Notes: generated by a model not told the origin, from the letters alone. Counted from the stretch's first letter, positions 30,183 to 43,087 are shown. The stretch is DNA of 64,000 nt from Eledone cirrhosa (GCA_964016885.1 OZ024742.1:331204001-331268000), one strand, 5' to 3'. Made by a program: numbers and translations.

Positions 30183-30632
30183 AATTCCATATATGGTAAA
30201 AGTGATTGTCACAAGGTTTGGGCAAAGGTTTGTTGTTGAGAAACATGATTCTATCATGGCATTTTGTGGAAGGTATGGGTAGCTGAGCATGCCAGTAGAA
30301 GAATGAGGGAGAGGGAGTGGGGGAAATCCAGTCTTGCGTTGAAAGTAACAACTACAGCAGAATCCTAAGGATAAGGGGTCGAGAGAAGTATACTAGAGAG
30401 GGGGAGAGGGGAGGAAGCCGAAACAATAAGTAAATCTATATGGAGTAAATATATATAAAAAAAAATATATTAAAACACACAATTTCTGGTTACTATTCCC
30501 CTTCCACAATCATCAAATCTCTTACTGGTACTGCTAAACTATAGAAAAGTTTAATAGGTGGGATGGAATACTAAATACGAGATTGTAGTGAAAGAATTTT
30601 ATGAGTTAGTAGTAATCGGCCAAATCTTTTAT

Positions 30633-30960
30633 AGCTTATATAGGATTAACTGCTTGTGACTTCAAGACCCGGCTATACCAATACAGACATACTTTCCGAA
30701 ACCCGGCCCGGCGTCACGCCACTACACTTTCGGGCCTCATCTGGGACCTCAAAGATAAAAGTATAACCTATAATCTCACTTAGAGCTGACTGTCCAGAGC
30801 CAACTCTTACACGAGAGGGCGCCGCCCGTGTAACTTATGCTCGGAGGAAGCATTACAAATGCTGTTTTCGACGGACCAACTCCTAAACAAGAAAGACGAA
30901 CTGGTAACTGCATGCAAACACAGATTGCCTAGGACTTACCTCGCCCTCAAACCCCATAAT
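30633..30960 (+). pseudogene. GIY-YIG endonuclease C-terminal half
   Basis: AYIGLTACDFKTRLYQYRHTFRN...TTLSGLIWDLKD...CNLCSEEALQML...LLNKKDELVTACKH, with two stops. Confidence 0.9.
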
Positions 30961-32071
30961 GACCCGGGGGGTAGACAAGGGCTGTAACACCCCACTTGCC
31001 GACTTTGTAATGGGTAACCCCTTATTACAAAGGTAGACGTAAGATTTTCTTATATATTTTTTATCGTTTCCTCTATATTTCCTTCTTCTCCACATCCCTT
31101 CCTACTCCTTCCACCCCAGATGTCCTTCTTTGTCGTCGTTCTTTTCACCTTCTCGACCACCCCAAGGCAGCACTTCAGTTCTCTGTAGCCTCAGTACCCC
31201 CACACACCCCTATTCTATGATTGAATTAGCCGATTCCGCTTTTTATAGCAGATGTTCTAGACCCCAGATACTTGATTTCTTATCTGATTGCTGCCCCATT
31301 TCCGTGATTTCTTGATTTCTTAGTGGTATCTCTGCTTTAGTTTCTCGTATATCAGTATTTATTTTTTTTTTTTTTGGTGGATCCTGAATTAATTTTTCGT
31401 ATTAAATTTTTCGTATTAGTTTTTCATATATATCCTACGAGCATTTATGTAGTTTGTATTAGCATTTATGTATTGTAGCAGTACTCTTATATATCGTATT
31501 AGTATTCATTTTCGGGATTCTGAATAAATATTTCGTATTAGTTTCGGGGCTCTGAATTATTATTTCGTATTAGTTTTTTTTTAGTATCTTGGCCCCCTAC
31601 ATGTTGACATGTCATTGTAAGATAGATTTGGTCGATTACTACTAACTCATAAAATTATTTCACTACATTCTCGTATTTAGTATTCCGTCCCACCTATTAA
31701 ACCTTTTTATAGTTTAGCAGTACCAGTAAGAGATTTGATGATTGTGGAATGGGAATAGTAACCAGAAATTGTGTTTTACTATATTTTTTATATTTTTCTA
31801 TATATTTACTCCATATAGATTTACTTATTCTTTCGACTTCCTCCACCCTCCCCCTCTCTAGTATACTTCTCTCGACCTCATATCCTTAGGATTCTGCTGT
31901 AGTTGTCACTTTCGACGCACGACTGGTTTTCCCCCACTTCCTCTCCCTCTTTCTTCTACTGGGAAGTTCAGCTACCCCTACCTTCCACAAAATGCCATGA
32001 TAGAATCATGTCTCTCAACAACAAACTTTTGACCAATCCTTGTGACAATCACTTTTACCATATATGGAATT

Positions 32072-32167
32072 ACCCGCTGAGAAGTTCGGCTATACATTTA
32101 CCAGGATAAAAATGTTCATTTAGTCGAGAATTAGCCGTCGAAACGGCTTGAGCTCAGCCGTCGGGGT
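32072..32167 (+). ncRNA. Hammerhead-like motif with atypical CUGAGAA core (second arm)
   Basis: 6-bp stem III acggct/agccgt, GUC triplet and stem II cggcta/tagccg. Confidence 0.6.
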
Positions 32168-32177
32168 CCTACTCGTT

Positions 32178-32238
<61 letters not shown>

Positions 32239-32269
32239 TTTTCTGGTTTATGTCTATCAGCAGATGAAG

Positions 32270-32342
<73 letters not shown>

Positions 32343-32890
32343 AAGAGAGAGCGAAAGAGAGAAGTACATATGTATAATACATATATGCACACAGTCTCAC
32401 ACACACATATTTATATATTTACAAATTCAAACAAAAACAATAACAAATATATTTCTACATATGTCAACATAGATATATCGTATAACCATATAAATTTTTC
32501 TCATAGATAGATGAAAATACATCTACCTTATACACCAGAGGAAACCGTACAGTCAATAAACGGTAACTAGATTTTCCTCTAGATTTTCGCACTATGCTAC
32601 AAGGCTTATACAAATCAAATTAGCATCCATTATTCATTATTAACAGTTTATATATAAAGTTTATTTTGCTTCAAGCGATATAGCAATATATTCATTACGT
32701 TTCATCGAGGCAATGCGCAAGATAATCATTCAAAGTTCTGAACGCAAATGATATTCTATTTCATGAAAATGTTAGTGTGAAATTCTGAGAATGTATGTGG
32801 ATAGGATATTTATTTTCTTTATATCTATGAATCGCTAGCTTATGTATTGTTTCCTTTACATTTTATATGACTAATTGTATGACTAATATA

Positions 32891-32929
<39 letters not shown>

Positions 32930-32932
<3 letters not shown>

Positions 32933-34520
32933 ATATAAGATCAAAAGATGGTTAAAGGAGTTCCATGTATTTTATTATGCGCATTTCAAAAACAAACATC
33001 ATCATGCAATAATATTTGTGTTTTCATCAGATAAAACAGGAGAACATGATATGAAGGCTAAAAAACACTTGTGGATAGTGCAGTTTTAAATCAACATATG
33101 AAAAGTATTTTTAGATTGATGTGTGATATTGGGGAAAATATTTTATTTAGAGAGGGGGGGGTGGAAAGGATGAAAAAAGGGGAGGAGATGAGATTGAAGG
33201 TGGAGAGGGAGAGATGGGTGATAGAGAGAAATATATATTGTTTTACATAGAGAGGTTGAAAACCGTTGGAAGATAATGTATAAATTAAAAGAATTTGAAA
33301 ATTAACGAAGGGAAAAATATGTACGAGGAAAAAATATTTTATTTAGAGAGGGGGGTGGAAAGGATGAAAAAAGGGGAGGAGATGAGAGTGAAGGTGGAGA
33401 GGGAGAGATGGGTGATAGAGAGAAAGAGATAGTTTTTATAACTGAGAAAAGATATATTGTTTTACATAGAGAGGTTGAGAACCGTTGGAAGATAATGTAT
33501 GAATTAAAAGAATTTGAAAATTAACGAAGGGAAAGAGAGGGAGTTGATATGTATTGATATTAAAAAGTTTGAAGATAGAGAGAAAAAATAATAATTGCGG
33601 ATGAATATTCTAACGTCAAAAGGGGTATGTTTATAAGTATTATGGCAATTTCAAAATTGACGAAGAGAAAAAATTATTAAGGTTTGTGTGTAGAAGTTAA
33701 AGTTTGTATATTAAAGGAATTGATAATATTTGCGAAGAAAGAGTTAATATGTATTTAAAATTATTAAGGTTTGTGTGTATTAGATGATTTGAGAAAAATA
33801 ATGTGAAGTTAAGGTTTTTATATTGAAGGAATTGATAATTTGTGCGAAGAAATAGTTAATATGTATTAAGAATGTGTTAGTTGATGGGAAGAAAAAAATA
33901 TATTATTAAGGATGAATATTCTAGCGTCAAAAAAAGGAGGAGAGGGAGTTAATGTATTGAGATTGAAAAGTTTGATGATGGAGAGAAAAAAAAAATAATA
34001 ATTGCGGATGAATATTCTAACGTCAAAAAAACAAATGTATATGTTATGAAGGATTTTACAAGGTGAAGATAGAATGAGGGTAATGAGTAAACAAGTATTA
34101 TAGAGTGTATAATGCCCTTTGAAGTAAGGTAGGAAGAATGGGTATATTTTAAAGAGGTGTATGTATATGTGCCTTTGAGAAAAGATTCTAAATTGATAAA
34201 GAATTGAATATTAGCTGTATACTTTGTGAAAGGTCCTATGGAATTTATGCAGGCAGATAGAAAACAAATCTGTACGTCTATTTATTATAGAATCTAGATT
34301 AGAGATAATGGTAAATTTTTCATTTAGGCAGAGATTACAGATTTTAGATAGAGAGCTGTTCAAGTATGAGGACGCAGAAGAAACCTTCTTCCAAAAGATG
34401 GTATATTTAATGTTTTTGTCTTTCAAGGACCATATGAGTTCTGAGATAGCCGTGTTGGTTCTTTTAAGTTTGTATTTAAAAGATGAATGATGATTATAGA
34501 GACGAGCTTTAAAAGAGGTG
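32930..34520 (-). mobile_element. PLE 3' part: GIY-YIG C-terminus (34211-34520) plus long 3' UTR
   Basis: STSFKARLYNHHSSF...TAISELIWSLKD...CNLCLNEK...IINRRTDLFSICLH; the terminus matches 54740-54945. Confidence 0.9.
32970..33036 (-). ncRNA. Type I hammerhead ribozyme
   Basis: ttttat-CTGATGA-long stem II-GAAA tgcgc ATA-ataaaa; palindromic stem III ATGCGCAT. Confidence 0.88.
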
Positions 34521-34859
34521 GAATAAAGCTAGCGGGGACTAAATTCCAAAGCACTGAAAAAATTCACTGCCTCTGGTCAGTGGCAGATTCTAAAGAATCA
34601 ATCACGTGACACTGAGGTTAATCAGTGAGGAGTGGGGTGGTATTATGACAAGAGCCTACTAATACCATGAATCAGCAGTAAATTCTGGCAAGTTTTACTC
34701 AATAAATAATTTGGAGATAAATATAGAGGATTAGTATATCTCCAAATTATTTGTTGAGTAAAACTTGCCAGAATTTACTGCTGATTCATGGTATTAGTAG
34801 GCTCTTGTCATAATACCACCCCACTCGTCACTGATTAACCTCAGTGTCACGTGATTGAT
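34521..34859. repeat. Snap-back hairpin (arms about 34597-34718 and 34737-34859) derived from the 24745/25412 family
   Basis: Near-perfect 122-bp inverted repeat with 2 mismatches seen; 34525-34660 aligns with 24978-25110 and 25751-25783. Confidence 0.92.
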
Positions 34860-37420
34860 ACTACTAGTCTGAACAGATCTGGCAATGCATTACCACCAGA
34901 ACAGTCCTTATCTACTAGCAATCCTACGTGTAATGCATTACCACTTGAGCCAACCAATAACACCCGGAAGTGCAATTGTAGAGTGAGTGCTAACTGCCTT
35001 TTAAACGGTAACTGCCTTTCTAAGAACATTGTCTATGCTTGCGAAGTTATAACTAATTCCTCTAATAGAACTTATATAGGCTCTACATCTAACACTTTTA
35101 AGACTAGGTTTAACTCTCATATCTCTAATTTCAAGCATGTTAAGTTTAAGAATTCTACTTCTTAAGCACATTATATCTGGGATCTTAAGGGAGCTAATAT
35201 ACCATATAGCCTTAACAGGCGTTTAGTAGCACGTTCTAACCACCTTTCTACACATACTAAGTTTTGTAATCTCTGTATCCTCGAGACACACTCTATAATC
35301 TTCTCTAGCGCATCCTTAATAGAAAGTCTGAGATATTCTCTTCTTGCCCCCACGCTATTTCTAATTCATACTTATATTATAAACCTAAACGTTCTAGTAG
35401 TACAAATTGTACCCATTAGCTGATATATTCCATTATTTATTTTTTAGTTTAGGATCTTTTGTTTGCCAACATTATTATTATCATTGGTTTTGATGACTCT
35501 TTATTCTAGCTCTCATAATCTTTTGGCTACTGTACCATATCTATCTTCTTACGCATTAAATTTTCACTATTACACCTTATGAATGTATATAAGATTATAT
35601 ATTTTACGCTATTTATTTTATTTTATTTTATTCTTATTTTTATTTTTATTTTTATTTTTATTCGGATTCTTCTTTGGACTCCCCCCCCCTTCCCCCCCAT
35701 GCGCACATAAACTTATTATCAACCCCTCCAAATTGACTATGATTATGTTTACCCCCCCCCCTCTTTTACGCTCCTTTCTATTATGTAATATAGTATATCG
35801 ACTATTTTTTATGCCCCTTTGCATCCTCCATATATTTCTTCATTTCTGTCCCTATTAGCCTACCTTAATTCTGCTTAAGTCAGTTTTTTAGATATCGTTA
35901 TGTATATGATAGTAACAAATTTTCATTCCTTTTTGTAAACATTTGTAACGAAATATTAACGTTTATAAACTTTAATGACTTAAACTATAGCTAATATTAT
36001 ACTGCCTTACTGGATAGTTTAAATATTTTTAATATTAATTTATCAAATAGGGTTTTTGAGTCATTTACAGGGGTTGTTTCCTTAGTTTTTACTTAACTAC
36101 TTAACTGCATGTGAGACCTAAATGTATACGTTTGTTTTTTTTTTTTTTATTTCCGGTTGATTCTATTTATTTATTTTATTCTATATTTTATATTTTATAT
36201 TTTATTTGTAATACTACTGTGCATTATATTTACTGTCTGGCACTTACTCACTCATCCATATACATGTCTGTCTACCAACCTTGTAATTATAAGTAATTAT
36301 ATATTATATTATGTTAATTTATTTTATATAATATATTATATTATATTGTAGTTGTTATTGTAATATTGATCCTTATTACTTACCGTTAATTATATGTAAC
36401 ATTATGATATGTTAAACTTTATATATCATGTCAGATGTTTGTACTTTAAGTACCATCAACATTTTTTGGGGGTATTGTACAATTTATTTTTCCTCACCTA
36501 CTCTGTAACCCAGTATGAATTGATTTGTTAACTTGAGTACCATTATATATTGTTTATTATAAATGTTAGTATATTGTATATTATAAATGTTAGTATATTA
36601 TTATTATATTATTATTGTGACATCTATATTGTTTGTGTAAATTAACCGGAGATTATCTATTCTATTATATTGTATTATATAGTATATAATTGTATTATTT
36701 ATTATTTATTATATGTGCTACTTATAATTATAACATATTATTACCTCATGTATATTGGGTAGGTGTATTATTATTATTATTATTATTATTTTCATTCCTA
36801 TCATGCTTATTTTTATATTCAAACTCTTTAATAAGGTTTAATTTGTGCAGTTGAAGATGGATGTGTGTATTGTTGTATGTGTATGTGTGTGTACGTGTGC
36901 GCACATATATACATATGAATATTGTACCTTTTGATTTTTATTGTAATTTTAATGTTGGTAAAGGTATATTATATTATATTAGATTATATTACATTGTATT
37001 ATATATAATTCCTGCTCTATATAACCACCTTTGTTTAGCTCTAGGTTTTTTTTGCTTTGGACTATATTTGTAATATGGTTCTTAATGTTATATACATCCT
37101 CAGTAATTTTTATTATATATTTTTTATTATTTTTATTATATATTTTTGCAATACTTTAGTATATGTACACTCCATATTCTTCGGAGCTTCCGGCTTGTAT
37201 CTGCCGATATTACTTCTTGTTGTTTTAATTGCCCTGATGAGTCCTTAATAGGACGAAACATTGTCGGCTAATAAAGACTTTTGATGTATTGAAGGCTTCT
37301 TTGTTTTACTCTCTTAATTTTTCGGCTCTGTTTAACTACATTGAGCTATACCTTTTACTGTCATTTCTATAATACGAAGAGGGTGTTTAACTCCAACACG
37401 CTCCAGTATTTTAACCCTTA
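34860..37420 (+). mobile_element. PLE 3' part: linker plus GIY-YIG (34860-35400) and 2-kb AT-rich 3' UTR
   Basis: CNCRVSANCLLNGNCLSKNIVYAC...YIGSTSNTFKTRFNSH...YIWDLK...CNLCILE; HHR near the end. Confidence 0.88.
37228..37272 (+). ncRNA. Minimal type I hammerhead ribozyme
   Basis: attgcc-CTGATGA-gtcc ttaata ggac-GAAAC att GTC-ggctaat; canonical core. Confidence 0.92.
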
Positions 37421-37427
37421 TATATAA

Positions 37428-37724
37428 AAATATAGTTTAATTAGGAATAAGTAAAAATTAGTAATAAGTATTGGTTAGTATTCAGTTTTAGTTTTAATTT
37501 TTTACCGGTTGCGCATTTCTAATGCTTTTCAAAAATAACTTCGAGATAGAGCTCCCGTGATGTTTGCTCTAATTAGATGATTAGAGCAAACATCACGGGC
37601 GCTCTATCTCAAAATTATTTTTGAAAAGCATTAGAAATTCACAACCGGTAAAAGCTTAAAACTAAAACTGAATACTAACCAATACTTATTACTAATTTTG
37701 ACTTATTCCTTCTTAAACTATTTT
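37428..37724. mobile_element. Non-coding ~300-bp palindrome with an HHR relic on each arm
   Basis: Centre ctctaat-tagatg-attagag near 37577; arms carry TTGAAAA gcatt aga aatgc GCAAC CG GTA (37498-37536 minus, 37618-37653 plus). Confidence 0.88.
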
Positions 37725-37764
37725 ACACTGGGAACAATTTGTCAGCATTTTCTTTTCCTTTTAC

Positions 37765-37842
<78 letters not shown>

Positions 37843-38718
37843 ATATTTTGGGAAGTTCAGACTTTCCAATAAAATCCCACACACGTGTTAAATTTCACTT
37901 CACTTGATTATAAACTCCCAGTCGGTTACTTTAATGAACTACTTATGTTGTTATTTTCTGTGTCTCTTTTGTTACCTCATGTATTATGTTTAATTGTACC
38001 GGGAAAACAAATTAATGTTATGCTTTATTTGTCAGCCTTTGTCTTTTATAAATGTCTGCCTCGCTGTACTGGCTTTGTTAAGTGATTACCATACAATTAT
38101 TTATATATATATAAATATATATATGGGGGGGGGTGCAGTTATATTAAAGGTAAAAATACACAAGGGTATATTTAAATGTTGAAATAATCCCATGCATATG
38201 CCAATTTCATTAATTATTTAAATGCCTGTTCCCATAGTCTGAGGGCAGTTAGAACATATGAGGATTTTCCCTCTTAGTCTCATCATATATATATATATAT
38301 GTGTGTGTGTGTGTTCTTTATGAAGCTAGAGTGGTGAAAGTGGAATGGAAGCTCAACAGGTCAGGATTCAATTGACACCTTGGAAAATAAGGATCGAAGG
38401 CCCAGATAGAATTTAGTTTTGTATGAGTCCTTGGTTGTGCGTGTTTATTTATTTAGTTGGGCTTGCATTGTGTGAAAAGCTCAAGTTTATATATATATAT
38501 ATATAATTCTTTTCTGAATTTGTTTAGCAAGATTCTTTATATGAAAACGTGTGTTGAAACCGATATTGTTATGTTTTGGGTGGGACATGTTTCCAATAAG
38601 AAACACACGCACCAGTATCTTTCACCCCAACTTATTATAAATTAAATTTATAAATTTAAGAATTTATAAATTTCCGGTTGGTCGGTTGGTTCCACCACCG
38701 GACGGTTGTTCATATATT

Positions 38719-38761
38719 GTCAACGTTCTTTCGTCACTCATTCGGTGAGCTCTTCAGTAAC
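38719..38761 (-). ncRNA. Degenerate hammerhead ribozyme (left arm)
   Basis: gtta-CTGAAGA-gctcac...gtgac-GAAAG aa CGT-tgac; U16.1 is mutated. Confidence 0.6.
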
Positions 38762-39246
38762 TGGGGATTATTTTCTTTGTTTTTGAGCCTATCCTTTGTT
38801 CTGATCTACGCGATCTTTTTTTTTGTGTGTGTTGTGTGCTTAGTTTGCGCATATGTCACATCCGGGTGTCAATGTGTGTTTATATTTGTTTATTTATTTG
38901 TTTATTTACATGTTACTGGTTGGATGTTTGTTCTACGTGTGTGTGTGTTTTCATTTTGTCCTTAATTGTAAGTTCTGATGTTGCTATCCAATTCGTGTTT
39001 TCTATTCTAGAAAACATGAATGGAATAGCAACATCACAACTTACAATTAAGGACAAAATGGAAACACACACACATAGAACAAACGACCAACCAGTATCAT
39101 GTAAATGAACAAATAAATAAACACATAAAAACACACACAGACACCCAAATGTAACACATGCGCAAGCTAAGCCCACAACACACACAGAAAAAAGATGGCG
39201 TAGGACAGAACAAACGTGACGCACAAAAACAAAGAAAATAATCCCC

Positions 39247-39289
39247 GTCACTGAAGAGATCACATAATGTGTGACGAAAGAACTTTGAC
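39247..39289 (+). ncRNA. Minimal type I hammerhead ribozyme
   Basis: gtca-CTGAAGA-ga tcaca taatg tgtga c-GAAAG aa CTT-tgac. Confidence 0.85.
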
Positions 39290-39698
39290 TATATATGAAC
39301 AACCATCCGGTTGTGGAACCAACCAACCAACCGGAAATTTATAAATTCTTAAAGTTTTTAAATTTTTATTTTTAATAAATTGGAGTGAAAGCTCCTGGTG
39401 CGTCTGTTTCTTATTGGCAACATGACCCTCCCAAAGCATAACAATATATATATATATATATAATATATATATATATATAAATATATTTATATATATATAT
39501 ATGTATATATATTGTACAACAGACATTCAAAAAGGTACTTCAACTCATTTTATTTATGTCTTCCTGTGACATAATGAGAATGCAAATGTCACACGCACAG
39601 GCGTGAATGTTAAGTATATAGGAATGAATACAGCGCACACACATACACATACATAAACACACACGCACACACATACACACTCACACACACACATACAC

Positions 39699-39773
<75 letters not shown>

Positions 39774-39894
39774 AATATTGGTGCTCCAAATTTTATATAT
39801 ATATCGAAGCATAAGAGCACTCACATCATCGGACGAGTTATGTATAATTAGTTACTACGGTGATTATAGAGTTGCTTATGTTTCTTTTTATGTA

Positions 39895-39945
39895 ACAATC
39901 TATCTGAGTTGGGGTGTATAGCCCAACGAAACTTAAGTACATTGC
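39895..39945 (+). ncRNA. Hammerhead relic with damaged 5' core
   Basis: Stem II gttggg/cccaac, then GAAAC ttaa GTA and stem I caat/attg; CUGAUGA is corrupted. Confidence 0.55.
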
Positions 39946-39968
39946 ATATGTCACTGTTTTAATTAATT

Positions 39969-40008
<40 letters not shown>

Positions 40009-40009
40009 G

Positions 40010-40417
40010 GAATAGAATGAAACGAAATTTTCATCGCACTTACTTAAATGTAAGTATGTATGTATGTATACGTACATATATATATGTATACAGACGTACA
40101 TTAGTATGTATATATATACATACATGAACACATATATATATGCACGTATCAGTTTACCGAACATTTATTATGATGCTCGGTTTGTTTGTTTGTAAACAAA
40201 CAAACAGCCCGAATTACGCCGTACAGTGTTTCGGCAACCACGTCACCTTTTTGTTCAACACTGACGCAGGAACGATGTACTAGTTTCAAGCTTATTAGCT
40301 ATCGTCAGCATCGTATACCTTCCTGCCAGATGGTTGAACGTCTGAAAGTATATACTTTCCGTATGCATATTAACGGCTGAGCAGCCTAATTTGCATATCG
40401 AGTGAGATCAGTCGGCA
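40010..40417 (-). mobile_element. Single unit of the ~425-bp HHR-containing retrozyme-like repeat
   Basis: Aligns over its length with 52700-53105. Confidence 0.82.
40272..40314 (-). ncRNA. Minimal type I hammerhead ribozyme
   Basis: acgatg-CTGACGA-t agct aata agct t-GAAAC ta GTA-catcgt; palindromic stem III ACTAGT. Confidence 0.92.
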
Positions 40418-40463
40418 TATATATATGTGTGCATGTATGTATATATATACATACTACTGTAAG

Positions 40464-40498
<35 letters not shown>

Positions 40499-40580
40499 GT
40501 ATACATAGATACATAGATACCTACATATATATATATATACATATATAAATATAAATACATATATATATAAATTTAAATAA

Positions 40581-40667
<87 letters not shown>

Positions 40668-40859
40668 GTATAGGATTATCCAAGATGCAGTGATGGTTAA
40701 TTACTACACTGGATATGGTTGACGTACGGTAAGAGGTTACTCTACGAGTTATGGAAGAATTGTTCAAGAAACTTAGTTCCTGATCCTTCAGTATTCCGGA
40801 GTGTATATAAAGAATGAATAATAACAGGTAGACATCATAAAAAGGTAGTTTATTCCGTG

Positions 40860-40971
40860 TGCTTACAAGTGTTTCCACGGTGGTACTGCAGCCTAGTTCC
40901 GCTACGTGCAAATTCACAAGTATTTGCAGAACTCGAATATCCAATGCTGTGACCACTGTTTCCTCAGAGCA
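40860..40971 (-). ncRNA. Hammerhead ribozyme with multi-branched stem II insertion
   Basis: Reverse complement of 42976-43087. Confidence 0.8.
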
Positions 40972-41464
40972 GAATGGTAAATATACAATGTAAAAACCCT
41001 TAAGTGGGGTTGTTGGGGAAGATAGAGTGGAACAGGAAGAGTGAAAAGTAGGGAAGATGGAGAGAGAAGGAAAGATATGCAGGGGTTGGAGAAGTAGGAG
41101 AGAGTGGCTTGTAGATATCTTAATCAAAATGTTATGGTAGGGGTTTTATTAGTTACTTTTGGAGAGATGCGTAGATAGTTGAGGTCGGAATTATTTATTG
41201 CCCCAGAGGTCAAGTTCATAGATGTTGAGAGGGAGGTAGGTCAAAGGTGAGAGAGAGAGAGTGTAATGGATGTAGAGAGAGATATATAGGTAGAGAGGGG
41301 ACAGATAAAGTATATGTGGTGAGTGAACTTTTGGTTTTGTAGTAGTAATCTAGGAATTGTACTGAGTTACCATGTATAGTGATAAGCAGTGTATTGTCTT
41401 GTAGTGTGGGGGAGAAGAGAAGGTTGTTAGCTAGAAAGTGGTGTTGTAGTTACGGGTTCGAATG

Positions 41465-42952
41465 TTAAGTTATTTTATAGTGAGATAATTTAGCTTTTAG
41501 TTTGTGGTTGCAGTATAATGATCGTTCAATTCTATCGTTAAGTAGTTTGTTTTTGGATTTTAGTATGTAAAATAGCTCAAGGTTACATAACCTGCAGTAC
41601 TTCAAACCACTCCGATATGCATTTGCGCTGGAAAGTATATCCCATTTTAAGGTGAAATGTTGGTTGTGTTCACGGAGTTGCCAGGTCTTGTTGGCGAGCG
41701 TGGTCACAAAACGGTGATTCTGATGTTTGATTGAGAATCGATGACGGTACCAGCGAGATTTAAACGATGTGGTGGTAGATCCGATATAATACCATTTCTG
41801 GTCGTCCGATTCAACCGTGCATTGGTAAACAATGTTGGACTTTAGGCATTCATTCTGCAATGGACATCTTTCAGGTAGATGGCAGTTACATGCTTTGTTG
41901 TGGGTAGCGGGTATACCATGGATAGGTTGTGATAGCGGTACAGGTGGGTTGTGCAATATCCGTCTCCCATTTAGTGGTTGGGAGGCAGATATTGCGTTCT
42001 GCCCACCTGTTACTAAAATGTTTTGTTTTGTAGAGTTGTTTAATTGCCTTAAGTTAAGTTTTTTTTATGTATGCTTCAAGGTTTGGTGCCGTGGAGTATG
42101 ATAGTCTAATAGTTTTGGAGTTCAGAATTTTGCTGTACTTATGGGAACTAGGGAAGTGTTTATTGATTAATTTAAAGAATGAAAGAGATAGTTTTGTACT
42201 AATCGAGGCATTAAAAATAGGATTATACCAGATATACTTTCTACAACGTGATTTATTTGGTGGTGAACTTCTATTATTAGTATGTCTGGTAGTATAGTGT
42301 GTGTGTGCTTGTGTTTTAGTCCCCCGGTTACGTATACCTTGATTACTTGTAGAGCTATGTGTGTTGTGGAAATTACTATCGATGTATTCTATTGTATCCC
42401 GGTGGTCAGCATTCCTTAATGCATTATTGTAGTATTCAGCATGTTCGCTAAAAATATCAGAGTTAGACGATAGGCGAGAGATTCTAAGAGAAATACTCCG
42501 GGGAACTGATTTGATCATGGAGAGTGGGTGGTTAGAGTTAAAGTCAATATACGTAAGGTTCTCATTTACCTTGTGGAAGGGTCGTATCTGTCCGGTATTT
42601 AAATTAAGAGTTACATCCAGAAAGTTTACTACCTTAAGATTGTATTCGTATGTTATTTTTAGGCCCAGTTCACTAAAAGATTTTCTAATATTTTTCCGTA
42701 GCCTTTCAAGATTTTGGTTATTCAAGTTATTAACTAATAAGAGCCCGTCATCTCTATATATCCCCCCCTGTAGATTACTAAATCTATTATGTAATATGTG
42801 GGCTATGTAAATTCCCACGAGATCCGTGACCTCCGCCGAGTCGTTGGAACCCATGGTAATATCGAAATTTGTGGGTCTGTCCTTACGTTCCCAGTAGCAG
42901 TTATCGAACTTAATAATGGTTTTTCTAGCCTCGAGAATAATATTAATACATT
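41465..42952 (-). pseudogene. PLE RT plus GIY-YIG polyprotein fragment (Nematis-like linker), one homopolymer frameshift
   Basis: FDITMGSNDSAEV, GGIYRDDG, VNFLDVTL, SNHP, WYNP, CNC-x5-CPLQNEC, IVYQC..YIGST; an A8 run at 42059-42066 breaks the frame. Confidence 0.95.
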
Positions 42953-42975
42953 ATTACATTGTATATTTACCATTC

Positions 42976-43087
42976 TGCTCTGAGGAAACAGTGGTCACAG
43001 CATTGGATATTCGAGTTCTGCAAATACTTGTGAATTTGCACGTAGCGGAACTAGGCTGCAGTACCACCGTGGAAACACTTGTAAGCA
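42976..43087 (+). ncRNA. Hammerhead ribozyme with multi-branched stem II insertion
   Basis: tgct-CTGAGGA-a acagtggt[...tgcaaat..atttgca..gtagc..gctgc]accaccgt g-GAAAC actt GTA-agca. Confidence 0.8.

Larger units (their letters stand above)
29995..32178 (+). mobile_element. 5'-truncated PLE with inverted pseudo-LTR (arms 29995-30627 and 31624-32178)
   Basis: Inverted arms of about 550 bp, (TA)n on both sides and a GIY-YIG C-terminal half in the middle. Confidence 0.93.
38505..39445. mobile_element. ~940-bp palindromic PLE end (Naiad-like), 3-nt loop at 39005-39007
   Basis: Inverted arms about 85% identical by eye; the right arm starts with RKHEWNSNITTYN* (ORF C-terminal motif); (TA)n flanks. 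Confidence 0.9.

Noticed and set aside
29995-32178. Long terminal inverted repeats suggesting DNA transposons (also 59404-62265)
   Set aside because: The interiors encode PLE GIY-YIG/RT, the arms are copies of the 3' UTR with unequal ends, and they contain hammerheads.
40750-40800. Second hammerhead in the 40662 element tail (CTGAAGG...hairpin, minus strand)
   Set aside because: It lacks GAAA and a proper stem III.
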